A DNA stretch of 64,000 bases from the NCBI GenBank assembly GCA_012295275.1, contig CM022678.1, positions 9,858,001 to 9,922,000 on the forward strand, read 5' to 3'. The position numbers and the translations under genes are program-made. The DNA is from Chrysomallon squamiferum (lineage: Eukaryota; Animalia; Mollusca). Below the pieces are notes generated by a model that saw only the letters and a program-made list of their open reading frames with translations, ran no database searches and was not told the origin of the DNA. Shown here in pieces: positions 62,389 to 64,000 of this stretch (positions are counted from its first letter, which is position 1; each line of letters opens with the position of its first letter).

Positions 62389-64000
62389 AATGCAATTTTT
62401 ATAAAAGAATATGGAGTTCTTGGATATTTTCTAACAAAGAGATGACAAGGAGGCTGTGTTACCGTAGAAACCAGTTTTCAGTTCTATGAGACAAACACGC
62501 AAATACGTGGTCTAATATACCCGCTTGAAGAGAACTTTGACCATCTCGTGATGGAGATAAAACTCAGGTGAGGTATTTCAGTTACTATCCATGGCCTTAT
62601 TTAGTAAACTGATAACTATTTACGTCAAATAACAAAGATTACTAATCAGCAGTGCACATTTATCTTCTGTCTTTAACATGAAATACAACATCCAGGTCAC
62701 AGTTTGTTTAAATAACGGGTGGGGTGTGGTATTGGTATAGTTACTTATTACAACCACTGTTACCTGTAATGTAACATTTACTGCAATATTTTTGTAACAT
62801 TGTCGCTTAACTTCTGTAACATTTTACAAATAGAACAAACAACAACAGCTACTACTACAACAATTATTACTACTGTTACTACACCTGCTGACAGTATTGT
62901 TGCTTCCAGAGCTTTACAACCACTACTAACTATTGTTACTATATTTGATAATATACTTCTAATTCTACTACTGCTACCACACTATCATTACTTCTACTAT
63001 TACCTACTACTTCTAGTATTAGTACTATTATCACTACTACTACCATTCTGGTACTAGTGCTACAATTGTTAATTCTTGTCCTGCTGCTACAGCTTTACTC
63101 CTACAACTGCTGCTACAGCTTTACTCCTACAACTACTACTACTACTACAACTACTATTACTACTACTGCTACTACTACTCCTGCTGCTGTTACTACTACT
63201 ACTATACTAATTTGTCTTTGTTTAAGAATATCATTTGTTTAATCTATTTATATTTAGCTATATGTGTTCAACTCGTGTATAATTAATTTATTACTAAAAC
63301 ACGTGCTAGTGATAACATGACCTACTCATCTGTTCTGTCAAGAGCAATGTTTACTTGGTTATCTTAAATTTATTAGCTAGAGATTAACTCAGCACAAGTC
63401 AACTTGACACACACTGAAGCGTTTTTTCCTTTAGTGTGCTGAGTAATGCTAATCTTACATGTTTTTAACAAATCTCTCTCTCTCTCTCTCTCGCACACAC
63501 ACACGCACACACACACACACACAAATACACTTAGATTAAATAAATAAATAAAACAGAACGCATGATTTCATGAGAAAGCTGTGGAATTTTTTCTTAGCAG
63601 AGTTGTTTCTTTCTTTCTTTCTTTATTAATATTATGATTGTTATTGTTATTATTTTAATTTAATTTTTATTATTATTTTGTCTTTATTATTATTACATTT
63701 TATTTTTATTATTATTATTATTATTTTTTTTTTTTTTATGTGGCATATTGCCCGTATTTTTCGTGTCTGTGTTCAAATTGGCAAGTTTCAATTTCACTCA
63801 AATAACATTATTATTACTGCCTTTGTAATGGGTTTTAAAAATTAGACGTGTCAAATACTACTACTTCTACTACTACTACTACTACTAATAATAATAATAA
63901 TAACAATAATATAATTATTATTATTGTTATTAAAGCAGAGGCGTTTCTATGATTTAATAAGGGTACAGACTAAAACTGATATCAAATATTTCTGTCTCCA

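Overview
Animal genomic DNA, very AT-rich and dense in microsatellites, with GT-AG introns. It is probably from an invertebrate such as a mollusc (inference from repeat content and gene families). The one convincingly intact gene is a minus-strand, two-coding-exon TRIM-like E3 ligase (55360-55075 joined to 54831-53402, 571 aa) with a RING, a coiled coil, a 24-aa repeat linker and an NHL-like propeller, but no B-box. It lies in a tandem segmental duplication (about 34.8-44.9 kb and 50.7-63.8 kb). The other copy (42076-40033) has lost the core of its RING, has a frameshift after the splice acceptor and has a clipped C-terminus. The two copies differ mainly in short, regularly spaced propeller loops. 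The rest of the window holds decayed elements: two MULE remnants, a Gypsy pol with the RT core deleted, an intron-containing Sola1-like transposase, two LINE remnants, a Harbinger/MADF derivative, and exon-structured pseudogenes (ankyrin, EGF). A long unclassified repeat recurs three times, each time beside different exon-like cargo. One satellite family occurs in both CpG-rich and CpG-eroded form, recording mosaic methylation. All alignments and translations were done by eye, and most ORFs in the supplied track are microsatellite artefacts.
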